64,000 bases of DNA from Chloracidobacterium sp. (GTDB lineage: Bacteria > Acidobacteriota > Blastocatellia > Pyrinomonadales > Pyrinomonadaceae), in contig JADKKB010000002.1 of the NCBI GenBank assembly GCA_016720705.1, positions 32,428-96,427 of the forward strand. The letters run 5' to 3'. Every line of letters begins with the position of its first letter. Position 1 is the first letter of the stretch. Positions 58,987-64,000 of this stretch are shown in pieces. Made by a program: the position numbers and the translations under genes. The notes below the pieces were generated by a model. The model ran no database searches. It worked only from the letters and a program-made list of their open reading frames with translations, and was not told the DNA's origin.

Positions 58987-59951
58987 CCAGCATAACGATA
59001 ATAAAAGCCGGATTCCTGACTACGATCCAGGACCTCGGACGGACAGGATATCGCAGGTTCGGGATCAACCCCGGCGGTGCGATGGATCAGAGGGCCGCGC
59101 GGATCGTCAACGGCCTCGCAGGCAACGACGAAAATACCCCGGTACTCGAGATGCACTTTCCTGCCGCCGAGATCGGATTTGGCGGCGATCTGATGTTCGC
59201 TCTCGGCGGAGCGGACTTTCAGGCAACTCTCGACGGCGTGCCGATCGACAATTGGCGGTGCCACATCGCCCGTAGCGGAAGCATTTTACGATTTGAAGGT
59301 AAAGCATCAGGTGAGCGAGCGTATATCGCTGTAAACGCGGGCTTTATCGCCGATACCTGGCTCGGTAGTTCATCGACCAATCTTGTGGCCGGCATTGGCG
59401 GCGTTGCCGGACGACCACTTCGAAATGGCGACGTACTCCGATCGCCGGAATCAGACGGAAGTCTTGACCAAAACGCTCTCCGGCAAATAGCGGCTACATC
59501 GCTCATCCCATTTTACAGTCGCTTTCCGACGCTCCGGATCATCAAGGGTGCCGAATATGGAATTCTGAGCCAAGCCGGTAAAGCGGCGTTGACCGAGCAG
59601 ACCTTTGAGCTTTCACACGCATCGGACCGAATGGGATTTCGATTAAAAGCTGAGCCACTCGCCACCACGCGACCGCTAGAGATGGTTTCGTCCTCTGTCA
59701 CATACGGAACGATACAATTACTGCCGGACGGCCAACTCGTCATCTTGATGGCGGATCATCAGACCGCCGGCGGATACCCGCGGATCGCACATATCATCGC
59801 TCACGACCTGCCCGTTGCGGCCCAACTCGGCGGTGGTGCTAAGTTATGTTTTCATCTTGTCGGCATTGAAGAAGCGGAAAGCCTCCGGCAACAGATCGAA
59901 CACGAACTCAGTCTGTTTCGTATCGGATGCCGTCTCAGACGCCGAGTCTAA
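58983..59951 (+). CDS. pxpC: 5-oxoprolinase subunit C (KipA/allophanate hydrolase subunit 2 family)
   Basis: Starts at MTSITIIKAGFLTTIQDLGRTGYRRFGINPGGAMD and overlaps the pxpB stop (ATGA). Also QTAGGYPRIAHII. Confidence 0.85.
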   Translation: MTSITIIKAGFLTTIQDLGRTGYRRFGINPGGAMDQRAARIVNGLAGNDENTPVLEMHFPAAEIGFGGDLMFALGGADFQATLDGVPIDNWRCHIARSGSILRFEGKASGERAYIAVNAGFIADTWLGSSSTNLVAGIGGVAGRPLRNGDVLRSPESDGSLDQNALRQIAATSLIPFYSRFPTLRIIKGAEYGILSQAGKAALTEQTFELSHASDRMGFRLKAEPLATTRPLEMVSSSVTYGTIQLLPDGQLVILMADHQTAGGYPRIAHIIAHDLPVAAQLGGGAKLCFHLVGIEEAESLRQQIEHELSLFRIGCRLRRRV

Positions 59952-59989
59952 ATCCACGGTTTTAATGTATGCTAACCTGACAATAACCA

Positions 59990-60751
59990 ATGAGATCGAT
60001 CGATCTAAATTGTGATATGGGCGAGGGTTGCCCCTTCGATGCCGAGCTGATGAAGTACGTCTCATCAGTTAATATTGCATGCGGTTATCACGCGGGTGAC
60101 GAACAGACAATGCGGCGTACCGTCGATCTTGCAGTTGCCAATGGCGTAGCGATCGGTGCCCATCCGGGATATCCCGACCGCGATAATTTTGGGCGAATTG
60201 ATATGTCATTTGTGGAAAGCGATCTGATCCATATCCTGACCGATCAGATACTCACACTGCGGAATATCTGTGAATCGGCGGGTGCGGCACTTTCTCACGT
60301 GAAACCTCACGGTGCCCTGTATAATCGATCTGCTCGCGATCCGATAGTCGCAAGTGCGATCGCTCACACAGTCAAAGCTATCGATCCCGATCTGATGCTA
60401 TTTGGTTTAGCAGGCAGTTGCTCCGTCTCCGAGGCTAAGATCGCCGGACTCACAACGGCATCGGAGGTTTTCGCCGACCGAACATATCGATCCGACGGCA
60501 GTTTGACGCCGCGAGATCGGCCAAATGCTCTTATTATCGATCCACAGATCGCCGCTAAACAGGCGTTGTCGATGGCGTTGAATGGGGACGTCTTTCTGGC
60601 TGATGGGTCAAAAGTCGTAGTGCAATGTGACACTATCTGCATCCACGGCGACGGTGAGGATCCTGTAAATGCGGTCGTGGCGATACGTGAACTTTTATTA
60701 AACAGTAACATAAGTATTCGGTCGCTATATGACTGTAGGAAAACCACTTAG
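59990..60751 (+). CDS. pxpA: 5-oxoprolinase subunit A (LamB/YcsF family)
   Basis: IDLNCDMGEG, NIACGYHAGD and VKPHGALYN. Confidence 0.9.
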   Translation: MRSIDLNCDMGEGCPFDAELMKYVSSVNIACGYHAGDEQTMRRTVDLAVANGVAIGAHPGYPDRDNFGRIDMSFVESDLIHILTDQILTLRNICESAGAALSHVKPHGALYNRSARDPIVASAIAHTVKAIDPDLMLFGLAGSCSVSEAKIAGLTTASEVFADRTYRSDGSLTPRDRPNALIIDPQIAAKQALSMALNGDVFLADGSKVVVQCDTICIHGDGEDPVNAVVAIRELLLNSNISIRSLYDCRKTT

Positions 60752-61922
60752 AACTTCACGGCCGGCCATCTACGGAGCGGCCTTTCTGATGGCAACGTCG
60801 GCCGTAGGCCCCGGATTTTTAACGCAGACCACTGTGTTCACACAGCAGTTACTGGCAAGTTTTGGCTTCGTGATATTGCTGTCCGTGGTACTCGACATAT
60901 TTGCACAGCTAAATATCTGGCGGATCTTGACCGTCACCGGCAAACGCGGACAGGATCTTGCGAATGAAACGATTCCCGGCAGCGGCTATGTACTTGCGGC
61001 GTTTGTCGCATTCGGAGGGCTTGTCTTTAATATAGGCAATATCGCCGGTTGCGGCCTCGGACTCAACGCACTTTTCGACCTGCCCGTCGAGATCGGTGCC
61101 GCCATCAGTGCGGGAGCAGCGATCGTGCTCTTTTTATTTAAGGACGCCGGCCGGGCAATGGATATTTTCGTCAAGATCCTAGGCGTCCTGATGCTTTTGT
61201 TGATTGTCTATGTCGTTTACGCTTCGAGCCCACCTTTGGGCGATGCCGTGTATCACAGCTTTGTCCCGGAGCGAATAGATCCAAAAGCGATCGTTACGCT
61301 CGTAGGTGGAACGGTCGGCGGATACATAACCTTTGCCGGCGCCCATCGCCTGATTGACGCCGGAGTGATAGGGATCGATAACCTGGCCAAAGTCAATCGC
61401 GGGGCGGTTTCCGGGATCGCTCTAACGGCCGTGATCCGCGTACTCCTATTTTTGGCGGTTCTCGGCGTTATCTCGATGGGAGCGTCGATCGATATTAAAA
61501 ATCCGCCGGCATCTGTGTTTCAAAATGCGGCCGGGACATTCGGGCTAAGGCTCTTTGGCGTGGTTATGTGGGCGGCAGCGATCACTTCGGTCGTTGGGGC
61601 GGCATTTACGTCTATGTCCTTCCTTAAGACACTTCACACTAAAATTGAGCAGAAAAACAGGTATTTTGTCATCGGGTTTATTCTGATCTCGCTAGCGATC
61701 TACCTTTCGGTTGGCCAACCTGTAAGACTTCTGGTCTGGGCCGGGACGATCAACGGGTTTATCCTACCGATCGGCCTTGCCATCGTATTGATCGCTACCC
61801 ATCGATCGACTGTGATCGACGATTATGATCATCCGTTCTGGCTAAAAGCGACCGGTTGGGGCGTGGTGCTGATAATGTTGGGTTTCAGCGTTTCGACCAT
61901 ATGGACTATGATTTTCGGATAA
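60729..61922 (+). CDS. NRAMP-family divalent metal transporter (YcsG-like, linked to the pxp genes)
   Basis: MATSAVGPGFLTQT motif and about 11 TM segments. Sits adjacent to the pxp genes. Confidence 0.8.
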   Translation: MTVGKPLRTSRPAIYGAAFLMATSAVGPGFLTQTTVFTQQLLASFGFVILLSVVLDIFAQLNIWRILTVTGKRGQDLANETIPGSGYVLAAFVAFGGLVFNIGNIAGCGLGLNALFDLPVEIGAAISAGAAIVLFLFKDAGRAMDIFVKILGVLMLLLIVYVVYASSPPLGDAVYHSFVPERIDPKAIVTLVGGTVGGYITFAGAHRLIDAGVIGIDNLAKVNRGAVSGIALTAVIRVLLFLAVLGVISMGASIDIKNPPASVFQNAAGTFGLRLFGVVMWAAAITSVVGAAFTSMSFLKTLHTKIEQKNRYFVIGFILISLAIYLSVGQPVRLLVWAGTINGFILPIGLAIVLIATHRSTVIDDYDHPFWLKATGWGVVLIMLGFSVSTIWTMIFG

Positions 61923-61988
61923 GGACGATCTTTTTTGATGTGTCGAGCATCAAACCACTGGTTTACCACGTCTATTGAGTTGGGGAAT

Positions 61989-63200
61989 ATGAAAATGGTT
62001 CGTTCATTATTGTTCGTTGCGTTCACTTTGATCTTCATTCCGGCGATGTATGGCCAATCCGGGCGCCGCGTGGCACCGGCACCCATTTCGACGCCGCCTG
62101 CCGTCAGCAATGCTAAATCCGACGCAGCACCTCGTTATTCTGAATCAAAGCCACAGGCACCACGACGAAACCGGCCATCCGTCGGCTTTCCCAAATTGGG
62201 ACAAAGCGGTACCGCCAACCCGAAAGCCGGTAGCAACGACACGCCGGTCGAGGTCGGCGACGACGAGGTCCTCAAGGTCGAAACCAATTTGATCACGATC
62301 CCGGTTTCAGTATTTGACCGAAATGGTCTATATATACCGGGGCTCGAACAAGAAGATTTTGCGATCTTTGAGAATGGCAAAGAGCAGGAGATCGCGTATT
62401 TCGGCACTATAGATAAGCCGTTTACCGTTATTTTGCTGATCGACACCAGTCCGTCCACGGCATACAAGATCGAGGAGATCCAAGCGGCGGCCACCGCTTT
62501 TGTCGATCAATTAAAGCCACAGGATAGCGTGATGGTCATTGAATTTGCCAGTAACGTTAACGTCCTGACCGAGGTGACGAACGACCGTCAGAAGATCTAC
62601 AAAGCGATCCGCCGGGCGAATTGGGGCGACGGCACATCGCTTTACGACGCTGTAGATTTTTCGCTGCGCAAACGCCTCAGCAAGATCCCCGGACGCAAGG
62701 CGATCGTACTATTTACCGATGGCGTAGATACGACATCGAGCCGCTCCGGATACGACAGCACGATCGATATGGCGGAAGAATCGGACGCGATGATCTTCCC
62801 CATTTATTACAATACGTACGCTTCCAACAATGGCGGCACAGGCTCACCATTGCCCAATATCAATGGCGGCGTTTTGGGTAGCCGCGGCGGCATTTTTAAT
62901 CCCCGAGGCCAGAGTGCTGCCGACTATCAGCGTGGGCGTCAGTATCTGAATGACCTTGCCGCTTACACCGGCGGCCGTGTTTTCCGCCCCGGAGACACAC
63001 CGGGAGGCTTAAGGGCGGCTTTCGAGGGTATCGCTGAAGAACTTCGGCGTCAGTACAATATCGGTTACGTTCCGATCGCCGAGGGCAAACCCGGTCAGCG
63101 AAAAGATATAAAGGTAAGGGTCGATCGCCCGAATCTCGTCGTTCGTGCCCGTGACAGCTATATCGTCGGAGCGACCGCGGAACCCGCACGATCTAACTAG
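61989..63200 (+). CDS. vWA-domain protein of the 'VWFA-related acidobacterial' type
   Basis: Signal peptide MKMVRSLLFVAFTLIFIPAMYGQ. vWA region TVILLIDTSPST, GTSLYDAV and IVLFTDGVDTTS. C-terminal RQYNIGYVP...KVRV. Confidence 0.8.
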   Translation: MKMVRSLLFVAFTLIFIPAMYGQSGRRVAPAPISTPPAVSNAKSDAAPRYSESKPQAPRRNRPSVGFPKLGQSGTANPKAGSNDTPVEVGDDEVLKVETNLITIPVSVFDRNGLYIPGLEQEDFAIFENGKEQEIAYFGTIDKPFTVILLIDTSPSTAYKIEEIQAAATAFVDQLKPQDSVMVIEFASNVNVLTEVTNDRQKIYKAIRRANWGDGTSLYDAVDFSLRKRLSKIPGRKAIVLFTDGVDTTSSRSGYDSTIDMAEESDAMIFPIYYNTYASNNGGTGSPLPNINGGVLGSRGGIFNPRGQSAADYQRGRQYLNDLAAYTGGRVFRPGDTPGGLRAAFEGIAEELRRQYNIGYVPIAEGKPGQRKDIKVRVDRPNLVVRARDSYIVGATAEPARSN

Positions 63201-63281
63201 ATAAGTACCAGGCAAAATATTTCGGTTCCGCGATTGCCTTATGTTACGATTCAAATGTGGTTCTAGAAGCGCGCCTGACCG

Positions 63282-63842
63282 ATGACCAAGACCGACGACG
63301 TCACAGTTTTACTAGAACAAATGAGCTCCGGCAGCCAGACGGCGCCTGACGAGTTGTTGCCGCTTGTCTACGACGACCTTCGCCGCCTCGCACACGCATA
63401 TTTCAATCGGGAAAGTTCTGATCATACGCTTCAGGCGACGGCACTCGTGCACGAAGCGTATCTTCGTTTAGTAAAGTGGGAAAACGTCTCGTGGCAGAAT
63501 CGGGCTCATTTTTTTGCGGTCGCGGCCGAGGTGATGCGCAAGATCCTGATCGATCACGCCCGCAAGCGCAATGCACAAAAGCGATCAGGCGGGCAGCGGG
63601 TTATCCTGGATGACGCGATCAGCTTTCCGGACAAAAAGGATTTTGACGTTCTCAAGCTCGACGATGCTCTGGTTGCACTGGAGGCTACCGATGCCCGCCA
63701 AGCAAAGATCGTCGAACTCAGATTTTTTGGCGGCCTCTCGATCGAAGAAACCGCCTATATTCTCGACATTTCCGAAACCACGGTCCGCCGCGAATGGACA
63801 TTTGCCAAAGCCTGGTTCCAGCGCGAACTCACCCGTTCGTGA
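63282..63842 (+). CDS. ECF-type sigma-70 family factor (TIGR02999-like)
   Basis: VTVLLEQMSSGSQTAPDELLPLVYDDLRRLA...LQATALVHEAYLRL. Region 4 is IVELRFFGGLSIEETAYILDISETTVRREW. Confidence 0.85.
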   Translation: MTKTDDVTVLLEQMSSGSQTAPDELLPLVYDDLRRLAHAYFNRESSDHTLQATALVHEAYLRLVKWENVSWQNRAHFFAVAAEVMRKILIDHARKRNAQKRSGGQRVILDDAISFPDKKDFDVLKLDDALVALEATDARQAKIVELRFFGGLSIEETAYILDISETTVRREWTFAKAWFQRELTRS

Positions 63843-63848
63843 GCAGTC

Positions 63849-64000
63849 TCATTCCTGAGCCACAAAATCCGCATTCCCTATTGCATCTGTAACCGTGATC
63901 ACATAGCTCGCGTTTGCGAAGTGGAATGTCTTGTGCTTGGCTCCGATCACGTACGAACGGCCCGCTTCGACATCATCGAATCTATATTGTCCGAACGGAT
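63849..64000 (-). CDS. C-terminal end of a protein running off the right window edge (CarboxypepD_reg-like strand pattern)
   Basis: Reverse translation gives ..PFGQYRFDDVEAGRSYVIGAKHKTFHFANASYVITVTDAIGNADFVAQE followed by a stop at 63851-63849. Confidence 0.5.
   Translation of the reverse strand, partial: PFGQYRFDDVEAGRSYVIGAKHKTFHFANASYVITVTDAIGNADFVAQE

Overview
This 64-kb chromosomal window is most likely from an Acidobacteriota genome. That is inferred from a CarboxypepD_reg-type TonB-dependent receptor, a 'VWFA-related acidobacterial'-type vWA protein, a TIGR02999-like ECF sigma factor and several REP-like repeat families; no database search was run. Most of the window is ordinary core genome: ribA, an S41 protease, an MsbA-like ABC exporter, yicC-gmk-rpoZ, ETF-QO, mtnA, glgP, ubiE, Opp/Dpp-type permeases, pxpBCA plus an NRAMP transporter, TonB, M16 peptidases and envelope proteins. 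There are two accessory regions. (1) Region 2.2-17.9 kb holds REP repeats and remnants of HUH/Y1 (RAYT-like) transposase genes. It also holds four copies or fragments of one IS110/IS1111-type element, none with an intact transposase ORF. Their exact ends, a repeated target site and an unoccupied target site can all be read from the sequence, and each copy carries a conserved ~250-nt 3' non-coding tail. Embedded here is an Rhs/YD polymorphic-toxin locus: FG-GAP protein, 1740-aa Rhs with a Cys-His papain/NlpC-P60-like C-terminal tip, immunity candidate, orphan Rhs C-terminal module with a zinc phospholipase-C/P1-nuclease-like motif, second immunity candidate, and a third Rhs fragment cut off by a mobile element. 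(2) Region 40.7-46.9 kb holds a decaying IS3 element next to an AT-richer block of secreted or membrane proteins of unknown function (DUF3761-like, SH3, tandem beta-sandwich lipoprotein, ricin-type lectin). Other notable points are a GAF-protein/intracellular S8 protease gene pair and a TonB-dependent receptor interrupted by one in-frame TGA. No rRNA, tRNA or CRISPR array was seen. All calls rest on reading the sequence and recognising motifs, so they remain hypotheses.
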